A DNA stretch of 24,202 nt from Snowella sp. (GTDB taxonomy: Bacteria; Cyanobacteriota; Cyanobacteriia; Cyanobacteriales; Microcystaceae), in the NCBI GenBank assembly GCA_035285545.1, contig JAYKGY010000144.1, positions 1-24,202 on the forward strand. Reading direction: 5' to 3'. This document shows, piece by piece, positions 7,181 to 15,791 of the stretch. The stretch's first letter is position 1. Each line of letters begins with the position of its first letter. Made by a program: the position numbers and the translations under genes. The notes under the pieces are model-generated. The model made no database searches, was not told the DNA's origin, and saw only the letters and a program-made list of their open reading frames with translations.

Positions 7181-9412
7181 ATGCTGGATTCCCTGTGGAC
7201 AAAGGTTAAGCCTTTTTTTTGGCGATCGCGTGGTGTGTGGATTGCAACGCCAACTGTGGCGGGGTTAGTGATCCTCCTGCGCTTAAGTGGGATTTTACAG
7301 GGGTGGGAATGGACGACCTATGATTTGTATCTGCGTCTGCGACCCCCTGAAACCAGCGATCGCCGTATTGGGATAGTGGGAATTGATGAAAATGATGTGC
7401 GCCACCTCCAAGGCTCGATTATTCCCGATGGCATCCTAGCCGACTTACTGGAAAAACTCATTGCCATGAAGCCGAGAGCCATTGGCTTAGATATATATCG
7501 GGATTTACCCGTTCCCCCAGGGCAGGACAAATTACTCAAAATTTTCAAAGATACCCCCAATTTAGTGGGGATTCAAAAAGTGGCGGGAGAAGCTGGGCGG
7601 GAAACCGTTGCGGCCTCTTCCATTCTTAAGGCAAAAGGGCAAGTGGGTGCCAATGACCTCCCCATTGATGCGGATAATCGTGTCCGTCGAGGTTTTTTTT
7701 ATTTAAGTGACGGCAAAGATAATGTCTATAGCTTCGCGCTCCATCTAGCGGGCCATTATTTAGCCAAAGAGCAAATTTCTCCTGAGCTTCTCCCCAATAG
7801 CGACCACTGGAAAATGGGGAAAGCAGTGTTTGTTCCCCTCGAAAACAATGATGGTTCCTATGTGTGGGCAGATACAAGGGGCTTTCAACTGTTGATTAAC
7901 TATCGGGGGGGAAATAAATTTTTTGATACGGTTTCCATGACCGATATTCTCGAAAATCGAGTTTCGCCGGATTGGGGGCGCGATCGCGTTATTTTGATTG
8001 GAAAAGTCGGAGAAAGCTTCAAGGATGTTTTTTTTACGCCCTACAGTAGTGTTTTTGGACTGGCCCAAGGTATTCCGGGGGTTGAAATTCATGCCACCCT
8101 TACTAGTCAAATTATTGGGGCTGCCCTAGAGAGCCGACCGCTGATCCAATCCTGGTCTGAACCGACGGAATGGTTATGGATTTTAGCTTGGTCTGGCATC
8201 GGTGCCACCATTAGTTGGCAGTTTCGTTATGTGTCCGGTAGCCGAAAAAAATCCTGGGTTCGTTGGGGGTTAGTGCTGTTGAGTATGGGCACCCTCTTTG
8301 GTTCAACCTATGGTGCTTTGATACTGGGTTGGTGGTTACCCGTTATTCCTCCCTTTTTGGCCCTCTTGGGGTCGGCGATCGCCATTACAGCTTATATTGC
8401 CCGTACAGGAGTGGAAATACGGAAAACCTTTGGTCGCTATTTAACCGATGCCGTTGTGGCCAACCTATTAGAAAATCCCAGTGGTTTAAGCTTAGGCGGA
8501 GAAAGACGAAAGATTACCATTTTAACCTCCGATTTACGGGGATTTACTGCCAACTCAGAGCGTCTCTCCCCCGAAGAAGTCATTAAAATTCTGAACTTTT
8601 ATTTGGGTCACATGGCAGAAGTGATCACAAAATACCAAGGCACCATTGATGAATTTATGGGAGACGGCATCCTAGTCCTTTTTGGTGCACCAACCTATCA
8701 GGAAGATGATGCTCAACGGGCAGTAGCTTGTGCCATAGAAATGCAATTAGCCATGATTCCTGTCAATCAACAAATGAAAGCTTGGGGATTGGCTCCCTTA
8801 GCAATGGGAATCGGAATTAATACCGGAGAAGTGGTCGTAGGCAATATTGGCTCAGAAAAACGAACTAAGTACGGTATTGTGGGCAATCACGTGAATCTCA
8901 CCTATCGCATCGAATCCTATACCACAGGAGGACAAATCCTCATCTCTGAATCCACCTATCAGGAAGCAGGAGAAGGCGTAATCGTTCAGGGAAGCAAAAT
9001 CGTTCAACCCAAGGGCATTCAAAACCCGATTACCATTTATGATATTGGCGGCATGAAGCATCCGTTTAATCTACAACTCACCCAAGAAGCGGAACAATTT
9101 TTTCCCTTACCGGAAGCCTTACCGATTCAATATTGTTTATTGGAAGAAAAGCATATTAGCCAACAACTCTTTCACGGGAAATTGGTTAAGTTATCTGAAA
9201 AGGGAGCAGAAGTTGAAGCTGAAACCCATCCTCCTGCGTTAACCAATCTTAAGATCAATTTACTGACAACAGACACCGAAAAAAGCGAGGATATTTATGC
9301 AAAGGTCGTGGATCAGTCCGCGCAATCTGGAAAATTTTATGTTTATTTCACAGCAAAACCGCCAATCATAGCCCAAAAATTCAACGATCTTTATCAACGT
9401 CTTCAAAATTAA
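7181..9412 (+). CDS. cya2: CHASE2-domain membrane class III nucleotidyl cyclase, Cya2 (guanylyl cyclase) type
   Basis: CHASE2 motifs (IVGIDEND, PRAIGLDIYRD, RVILIG, PGVEIHA), three TM helices, then a catalytic domain ITILTSDLRGFT / TIDEFMGDGILVLFG / RTKYGIVG.HVNLTYRIES closely matching Synechocystis Cya2 as I recall it. Confidence 0.85.
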   Translation: MLDSLWTKVKPFFWRSRGVWIATPTVAGLVILLRLSGILQGWEWTTYDLYLRLRPPETSDRRIGIVGIDENDVRHLQGSIIPDGILADLLEKLIAMKPRAIGLDIYRDLPVPPGQDKLLKIFKDTPNLVGIQKVAGEAGRETVAASSILKAKGQVGANDLPIDADNRVRRGFFYLSDGKDNVYSFALHLAGHYLAKEQISPELLPNSDHWKMGKAVFVPLENNDGSYVWADTRGFQLLINYRGGNKFFDTVSMTDILENRVSPDWGRDRVILIGKVGESFKDVFFTPYSSVFGLAQGIPGVEIHATLTSQIIGAALESRPLIQSWSEPTEWLWILAWSGIGATISWQFRYVSGSRKKSWVRWGLVLLSMGTLFGSTYGALILGWWLPVIPPFLALLGSAIAITAYIARTGVEIRKTFGRYLTDAVVANLLENPSGLSLGGERRKITILTSDLRGFTANSERLSPEEVIKILNFYLGHMAEVITKYQGTIDEFMGDGILVLFGAPTYQEDDAQRAVACAIEMQLAMIPVNQQMKAWGLAPLAMGIGINTGEVVVGNIGSEKRTKYGIVGNHVNLTYRIESYTTGGQILISESTYQEAGEGVIVQGSKIVQPKGIQNPITIYDIGGMKHPFNLQLTQEAEQFFPLPEALPIQYCLLEEKHISQQLFHGKLVKLSEKGAEVEAETHPPALTNLKINLLTTDTEKSEDIYAKVVDQSAQSGKFYVYFTAKPPIIAQKFNDLYQRLQN

Positions 9413-9465
9413 ACGATTCAAACATCAATTAATTGATTGATTAATTATCCACAGGAAAACCCTCT

Positions 9466-10227
9466 ATGCAATTTCTCTTTCTCGGCTCAGGTTCAGCTTT
9501 TACGGTCGGTTCCGACAACTTTCAATCCAATATGCTGTTTATTAGTGAAACAGGCAAAAAGCTCCTCATTGATTGTGGTACTGATATTCGCTTTTCCTTG
9601 CATGAAGCCGAGTTATCCTATTTAGATATTACCGATATTTATATTAGCCATTTACATTCCGATCATGTAGGCGGGTTGGAGTATATCGGATTTAGTACCA
9701 AATTTGATCCGCGTTGTGAGCGACCAACACTCTATCTCAGTCAAGATATTGCGGTTGAACTGTGGCATAAAAGTTTAGCAGGGGGAATGGAAGCCATTGA
9801 AGGAGAATTGGCGACCCTAGAGACATTTTTTAGAGTTCATCCCCTAAAGCCTAAAGGTTGTTTTAGTTGGGAAAATATTAACTTTAATTTAGTAAAGTTA
9901 AATCATGTTGATACGGGTTTTTTGTTAATGCCTGCCTATGGTTTATTTTTTGAAATTAATAACCAAAAAATCTTTTTAAGTAACGATACGAAACTCTGTT
10001 TTGAAGAACTTATTCAATACTATCAACAGGCTAATTTGATTTTTCATGATTGTGAGATTGCCCAATTTCCCACGACCGTCCATGCCCATTATCAGGAACT
10101 CGCCCATTTACCCCCAGAGATTAAACAAAAAATGTGGCTGTATGGTTATCAGCAGGGTCAATTGCCGGATGCGACAAAGGATGGTTTTTTAGGGTTTGTC
10201 AAACGCGGTCAAGTGTTTGAGTTTTAA
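9466..10227 (+). CDS. Metallo-beta-lactamase-fold hydrolase (RNase Z/cyclic-nucleotide PDE-like)
   Basis: FLGSGSAF, LLIDCG, HLHSDH (HxHxDH), further candidate ligands in NH, SND, IFHD and VHAHY. No signal peptide. Confidence 0.85.
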   Translation: MQFLFLGSGSAFTVGSDNFQSNMLFISETGKKLLIDCGTDIRFSLHEAELSYLDITDIYISHLHSDHVGGLEYIGFSTKFDPRCERPTLYLSQDIAVELWHKSLAGGMEAIEGELATLETFFRVHPLKPKGCFSWENINFNLVKLNHVDTGFLLMPAYGLFFEINNQKIFLSNDTKLCFEELIQYYQQANLIFHDCEIAQFPTTVHAHYQELAHLPPEIKQKMWLYGYQQGQLPDATKDGFLGFVKRGQVFEF

Positions 10228-10233
10228 GGCTGA

Positions 10234-11739
10234 CTATCGCCCCCTCGATGCCCCTGGTGGTACTGGGATTTGGGATTTGGGTCGTTTACCTTCAGGGAAA
10301 GTGATTAAAATTTTGTCGTTTTCTTGTAAGCCGGAGCGAATTTCGGTTTTATCATTGACGGTTACCCCCGTTTGAATCGGAATAAATTGGCTTTGTCCGT
10401 CTTTCCAACGATAAACGCCGGTTCCTTCTATTTGACGAACGATCGCGACCGTCGGAACCACTAACACATCATTTAATTTATCCACTTCAAAGGTCACTTG
10501 CACATTCATCCCTGCTTTCAATAACGATTGCTGATCATCCAAAATCGAAACTTTCACTTCAAAACTGGTCACATTTTGCTGCACAATGGACTGAGGCGCA
10601 ATTTGGGTCACTTCGCCGGTAAATCGTTGATCGGGATAGGCATCAGCTTTAATTCGGGCTTTTTGCCCTAAACGCATTTGGGCAATGTTACTTTCGGCAA
10701 TATTGGTAACGACGCGATTCTGGGAAGCCAAGGAAAGAATAGAAGAGGAGGTCGCCGAAGAAACGGCACTGCCTGCGGTTGTGGGAGTCACAAAAGCCCC
10801 TGGATCAGCATACTTGCGCGTCACAATACCGGCAAAGGGAGCGCGAATTTCCATATCCTGAATTTGGGTTTGTACGGTTTTCAAATTCCCTTGGGCGGCG
10901 ATCACCTGGGCCCGGGCCTGGGCAATATCTTCTGAGCGAGATCCCGCCTTCGCTAACGATAGGGCAGCTTGTTTTTGTCGAACAACGGCTTGGGCTTGTT
11001 GGATTTCCTCTGGACGAGTGCCGACGGTTTGCAAATTTAAGGCTTGTTGGGCTTCTCTGACTTGGGCTTGAGCAATATCGCGCTGGGCACGAGAGTTGGC
11101 CCAATCCCGTTCGGAGATGGCTCCCTGTTGATAGAGTTGCTGATTTTGTTGGTAAACAATTTCGGCTTGACGTTGATTACTCAGGGCACTTTCGTATCTG
11201 GCTTTGGCCTGGGCCACTTCCTGGGAACGATTCCCAGCTTTCAGGCGTTGTAGGTTGGCTTGGGCTTGGGCTAGTTCGGCTTGAGCTTGCATAATATCCT
11301 GGGGTCGGTTGCCAGCTTCTAGTTTTTGGAGATTGGCTTGGGCGGCTAGCAGTTGGCCTTGCATTTGCAACAGTTGCCCCTGTAGGTTCGAGTCATCCAT
11401 TTGGGCTAATAGTTGACCTTTTTTGACGCGATCGCCTTCTTTGACATAAAGACTTTTGAGCACCCCAGCATTTTTAGGACTGATATTGATAGAAACTTCC
11501 GGTTGGATAGTGCCGTTGGCGGTGACGGTTACTGCTAAATCTTCCCGTTGAACCGCGATCGTCCCTTTTTCCTGTTTAACTTTTGCCTGGGGAAGCACAA
11601 CGGTTTGTTGATAAATTTGGTAGCCGCCCCATCCCAAGCCAATGAGTAAGATAATACCCAGAAGCCATTTTCCTTGATTAAGCAGGGAATTTTTCTTTTT
11701 TTTGTAATATTGCGTATTTTCTGTCACCTTACTTACCAT
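10234..11739 (-). CDS. HlyD/MacA-like efflux periplasmic adaptor (membrane fusion protein)
   Basis: N-terminal TM, lipoyl half-motifs (ISPKNAGVLKSLYVKEGDRVKKGQLLA and IRAPFAGIV), long Gln/Ala coiled coil with four L.(A/V)G.R.(E/Q)(D/E)(I/V).QA repeats, C-terminal VLVVPTVAI...GLQEND. Confidence 0.9.
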   Translation of the reverse strand: MVSKVTENTQYYKKKKNSLLNQGKWLLGIILLIGLGWGGYQIYQQTVVLPQAKVKQEKGTIAVQREDLAVTVTANGTIQPEVSINISPKNAGVLKSLYVKEGDRVKKGQLLAQMDDSNLQGQLLQMQGQLLAAQANLQKLEAGNRPQDIMQAQAELAQAQANLQRLKAGNRSQEVAQAKARYESALSNQRQAEIVYQQNQQLYQQGAISERDWANSRAQRDIAQAQVREAQQALNLQTVGTRPEEIQQAQAVVRQKQAALSLAKAGSRSEDIAQARAQVIAAQGNLKTVQTQIQDMEIRAPFAGIVTRKYADPGAFVTPTTAGSAVSSATSSSILSLASQNRVVTNIAESNIAQMRLGQKARIKADAYPDQRFTGEVTQIAPQSIVQQNVTSFEVKVSILDDQQSLLKAGMNVQVTFEVDKLNDVLVVPTVAIVRQIEGTGVYRWKDGQSQFIPIQTGVTVNDKTEIRSGLQENDKILITFPEGKRPKSQIPVPPGASRGR

Positions 11740-12193
11740 AATTCATCACCCAGTCCCGTCACTCTCTTGGAGCGTCGTGCAGCAAAAAACGGAATGACTT
11801 ACCCCCTCCTTGTTTTAGTGTAGTGAATTCTTGAAATGGATGCAGCAGCCGCGTTGTTTGAATTTCATAAAAGTAGCAAGGCGAGAGCGTGTTATTTTAG
11901 AGAGGATTGGGGTTAAAATCAAGGTAGATTAACGAGTTCAAATTTAGATGAATTTAATCATTTTGAGCCAATCAATACCGATAAAAACAAACTCTGTTTT
12001 AAGCTTTTCAAAATAACAATAACTTGAATGGTTTGATTAATGTATTTTGATCAAAACAATTTTATTACAGCCTGTCAATAAAACAGTCAGTTAACTCCTA
12101 AAAAAACGTATTAAGCGGACTTAATTGATATTTTTTTAAGTAAAACATTTAAACTCAAGCATTATTTTGCTGTTCAATCCCCTAAGCGTATCA

Positions 12194-14032
12194 ATGTCCA
12201 CTTTAACTGAGCCAATTTCTGATCTCACCACCTATTTAAAATATTTTTTCGGATACGATCGCTTTCGTCCGGGGCAGCAAGAAATCATCGAAAATGCCCT
12301 AGCCAATCAAGATGTTTTGGCCATTATGCCTACAGGAGCAGGAAAATCCCTTTGCTTTCAGTTGCCTGCCTTATTAAAACCAGGGTTAACCATTGTCATT
12401 TCTCCGTTAATGGCGTTGATGCAGGATCAAGTCGATGCCCTACAGGATAACGGCATTGGTGCCACTTACCTCAATAGTAGTTTGAGCTTAACGGAGGTTC
12501 AATCACGGGAGAAAGCCATCTTGAGCCACCAAATTAAGTTGCTCTACCTGGCCCCCGAACGGTTACTCAGCGATCGCTTCCAAAGCTTTTTTCATCAAGT
12601 CTTTACCCAAATTGGCATTTCGGCTTTTGCCATTGATGAAGCTCACTGTGTCTCGGAATGGGGTCATGATTTTCGCCCCGAATATCGACAACTGAGCCAA
12701 CTGCGTCGGGTTTATCCTCAAGTTCCCATCTTTGCCTTTACCGCCACTGCGACTAAGCGAGTTCAACGGGATATTATTCAACAACTTAAATTACGTAAAC
12801 CGAGCATTCATCTTAATAGTTTTAATCGACCTAATTTATATTACGAAATTATTCCTAAAACGCAAGAGAGTTATCTCCAACTCCTGAAGTTTATTAAAAC
12901 CCTAAAAGGCTCTGGGATTGTTTATTGCCTCAGTCGCAAAAGTGTTGATACGATCGCCGAGCGTTTACAACAAGATGGGATTAAAGCCTTACCCTACCAT
13001 GCCGGAATGGAGGATGAAAGCCGAAAGATTAACCAAACCCAATTTATCCGCGATGAAGCCCGCATCATGGTTGCAACAGTAGCCTTCGGTATGGGCATTA
13101 ATAAACCGGATGTCCGCTTTGTTATTCATTATGACTTACCCCGCAATCTCGAAAGTTACTATCAAGAATCAGGACGAGCCGGACGGGATAATGAACCCGC
13201 AAAATGCTTACTTTTTTTCGGTTTGGGTGATTTAAAAAAAATTGATTATATTATTCAACAAAAAGCAGAATCAGAACAACAAACAGCCCGTCAACAATTA
13301 CGGCAAGTCGTTGATTATTGTGAAGGACTCGCCTGCCGTCGTACTATTGTTTTACGGTATTTTGGAGAAGAATTTCTAGGAAACTGTGGCAATTGTGATA
13401 ACTGTTGTTATCCTAAACCCATTGAAGATTGGACAATTGAAGCGCAAAAGTTTCTTTCCTGTGTTGCCCGTTGTCAAGAACGATTTGGCATGATGCACAT
13501 TATTGATGTCTTACGGGGATCGCGTAAACAAAAGGTTGAAGATCATCGACACCATTTATTATCTACCTATGGCATTGGAAAAGATAGAACGGTGGACGAA
13601 TGGAAACAACTCGGATTGTATCTGATTCATCATGGCTTTTTAGATGAAACGACTGATGGTTATTCCGTCTTAAAACTCAATGCTTACAGTTGGGAAATTC
13701 TCCGTAAACAGCGTAGGGTTAACATTGCCGTTAAACCGAAAGTCACTAAAACTCCAGATAAAAAAGATAATCCGAAAGCCAGAGACATGGAATTATTATT
13801 CGATACCTTAAGATTACTCCGACAACGCATTGCCAAAGCGCAGGGGATTGCACCCTATGTGGTTTTTGCGGATTCGAGTTTAAAATTAATGGCCCAATTA
13901 AAACCCAAAACCTTAGAAGAATTTGCCAATATTTCCGGCGTAGGAAGTTATAAATTAAAGCAATATGGGGAACAATTTGTCAAAGAAATTCAAGATTTCT
14001 GCCATCAGCAAGAAGACACACTCAATTTTTAA
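12194..14032 (+). CDS. recQ: ATP-dependent DNA helicase RecQ
   Basis: MPTGAGKSLCFQLP, DEAHCVSEWGHDFRPEY, QESGRAGRD, Zn-binding CRR...CGNCDNC, RQC and HRDC (APYVVFAD) domains. ATG 12194 is preferred over TTG 12167. Confidence 0.96.
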   Translation: MSTLTEPISDLTTYLKYFFGYDRFRPGQQEIIENALANQDVLAIMPTGAGKSLCFQLPALLKPGLTIVISPLMALMQDQVDALQDNGIGATYLNSSLSLTEVQSREKAILSHQIKLLYLAPERLLSDRFQSFFHQVFTQIGISAFAIDEAHCVSEWGHDFRPEYRQLSQLRRVYPQVPIFAFTATATKRVQRDIIQQLKLRKPSIHLNSFNRPNLYYEIIPKTQESYLQLLKFIKTLKGSGIVYCLSRKSVDTIAERLQQDGIKALPYHAGMEDESRKINQTQFIRDEARIMVATVAFGMGINKPDVRFVIHYDLPRNLESYYQESGRAGRDNEPAKCLLFFGLGDLKKIDYIIQQKAESEQQTARQQLRQVVDYCEGLACRRTIVLRYFGEEFLGNCGNCDNCCYPKPIEDWTIEAQKFLSCVARCQERFGMMHIIDVLRGSRKQKVEDHRHHLLSTYGIGKDRTVDEWKQLGLYLIHHGFLDETTDGYSVLKLNAYSWEILRKQRRVNIAVKPKVTKTPDKKDNPKARDMELLFDTLRLLRQRIAKAQGIAPYVVFADSSLKLMAQLKPKTLEEFANISGVGSYKLKQYGEQFVKEIQDFCHQQEDTLNF

Positions 14033-14126
14033 GAATAAAATCAGATTATGGAAAAATTTCCCTCTTTAGCTAAATAAATTTGTCGCATAAGTAGAGGGGA
14101 ATCATTTACAGATAAAATCCCTGAGA

Positions 14127-15026
14127 TTAGGCTTCGCCTGCATGATAAGAACTGCGGACTAACGGGCCCGATCGCACTTGTTTAAAGCCCAGCGATCGCG
14201 CAATTTCGCCTAATTCATCAAACTCCGCCGGTGTCCAATATTTCTGAACGGGTAAATGTTCCAAAGAAGGGCGCATGTATTGACCCAAGGTTAGGCGATC
14301 GCAGTCGATTTCTCTTAAATCTTTCATGGCTTGAATAACTTCCTCAACCGATTCCCCGTGACCCAACATTAAGCCCGATTTCGTGGGAATGCTGGGATCA
14401 CATTCTTTTACCCAACTCAACACATCCAGCGATCGCTGATACTTCGCCCCTCGACGGACAACACCCTGTAAGCGTTCAACGGTTTCAATATTGTGGTTAT
14501 AGCAAGCAGGTTTCGCCTGAGCAACGGTTAAAACTCGTTCTTTTTGGCTGACTTCTCGCCCCGTTCCACCCCAAAAATCCGGCGTTAAAACTTCGATTTG
14601 GGTTTCAGGATTGCGCGATCGGATCGTGTCCATCACTTTAACAAACCAACCCGCGCCCCCATCCGTTAAATCATCCCGTGCCACAGAAGTTAGAACCACA
14701 TAGCGCAAGCCCAATAACTCAACCGCTTCAGCCACTTTTTGGGGTTCATCGGCATCTAACGCCATCGGGGCATGACCCTTATCCACTTGGCAAAAGGCAC
14801 AGGCACGGGTACAAACAGGGCCCATTAATAAAAATGTTGCCGTTTTCTGGGCATAGCATTCAGCCCGATTCGGACACCGCCCTTCCTCACAGATGGTATG
14901 GATCTGACGCTGTTTAACGATCTGCTGTACGGTAGACAGTTCACTCGCTTTACCAATCGGTCGCCGCAACCAGTCAGGAAGTTGGGTGATTTCTTCGCGC
15001 CATTGTTGGGAGGTGGGGGGAGTCAT
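14127..15026 (-). CDS. lipA: Lipoyl synthase
   Basis: [12 protein letters not shown] (CX4CX5C), CTRACAFC (radical SAM CX3CX2C), C-terminal [10 protein letters not shown]. Confidence 0.95.
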   Translation of the reverse strand: MTPPTSQQWREEITQLPDWLRRPIGKASELSTVQQIVKQRQIHTICEEGRCPNRAECYAQKTATFLLMGPVCTRACAFCQVDKGHAPMALDADEPQKVAEAVELLGLRYVVLTSVARDDLTDGGAGWFVKVMDTIRSRNPETQIEVLTPDFWGGTGREVSQKERVLTVAQAKPACYNHNIETVERLQGVVRRGAKYQRSLDVLSWVKECDPSIPTKSGLMLGHGESVEEVIQAMKDLREIDCDRLTLGQYMRPSLEHLPVQKYWTPAEFDELGEIARSLGFKQVRSGPLVRSSYHAGEA

Positions 15027-15103
15027 CAGGCAGTTAATCCAAATAAAATTTCACGCTTAACATCATGATGGCCAAAATTTAGCCACGATCAAGTGATGAT
15101 AAC

Positions 15104-15421
15104 TTAAGCTTGTTGAAATTGACGCTTATACACTTCGTCTTCTTTTTCGGTTTCAATGACTAAATCCGATAGGGGATAGGCCACACACAATAACGCATAA
15201 CCTTCTGCCTGCAATTCAGGAGAAACGCCCATACCGTCTTCCTGGTTTACCTTTCCTTCTTTTAAAAAAGCAGCACAGGTGGTACAAACCCCCGCTCCAC
15301 AGGAAGTAGGTAAATTCAACCCTGCATCATCGGCAGATTGGAGAACGGTTTTATCCGAAGCAATTTCGATAGTATGGGTTTGACCTTGATGATAGATTGT
15401 TGCCTTATAGGTAGTTGACAT
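15104..15421 (-). CDS. Plant-type 2Fe-2S ferredoxin with C-terminal extension (Fed3/FdC1-like)
   Basis: SCGAGVCTTC...LLCVAYP cluster ligands and EKEDEVY.RQF extension. Confidence 0.88.
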   Translation of the reverse strand: MSTTYKATIYHQGQTHTIEIASDKTVLQSADDAGLNLPTSCGAGVCTTCAAFLKEGKVNQEDGMGVSPELQAEGYALLCVAYPLSDLVIETEKEDEVYKRQFQQA

Positions 15422-15791
15422 GAGAGGATGATCGGCTTTCTTGGGTTTAGCGGTGTTGATCTTAACAAGTTTTGACGGGGTTGTTAAGTTAAACTTTAGA
15501 AAAATTGTTGAAAGTAGACTGATAGAAAAATAAGAAGTCTAAGCGTTCCAATTGTTACACTTGTATTAATAGCAATTTATCTATAATTTCTTTCAATAAG
15601 ATTTCTGTGTAATACTCCCTCGTTTTTTGCTAACTTTTGAGTAGATTCTTTACCTAAACTGCAATTTATCGTTAAATTGATGTAAATTCATGAATAATTT
15701 TCGGTGTTTTTGATTTAATCATGATTGTTTAAACCATCTTCACTGAAATGCTGTACCGAATAATTGACTTTAAAAAACCTATCGCCTTCCA

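Noticed and set aside
7181..10227. Anti-phage cyclic-nucleotide system (Pycsar/CBASS-like) reading of the cyclase plus MBL pair
   Set aside because: The cyclase is a membrane CHASE2 sensor of the Cya2 type, no cNMP-binding effector gene is present, and the context is housekeeping. Ordinary signalling is the simpler explanation.
11815..11868. Possible 17-aa leader peptide MKFKQRGCCIHFKNSLH on the minus strand upstream of the efflux adaptor
   Set aside because: No RBS before its ATG and no attenuator structure seen. An ORF this short is expected by chance.
14033..14126. Bidirectional terminator between recQ and lipA
   Set aside because: Only an imperfect TTCCCTCT/AGAGGGGAA pair with a long loop, which is not convincing.
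15422..15791. NtcA site in the ferredoxin/kinase divergent promoter
   Set aside because: The closest match, GTAGATTCTTTAC, has 7-nt spacing rather than GTA-N8-TAC.
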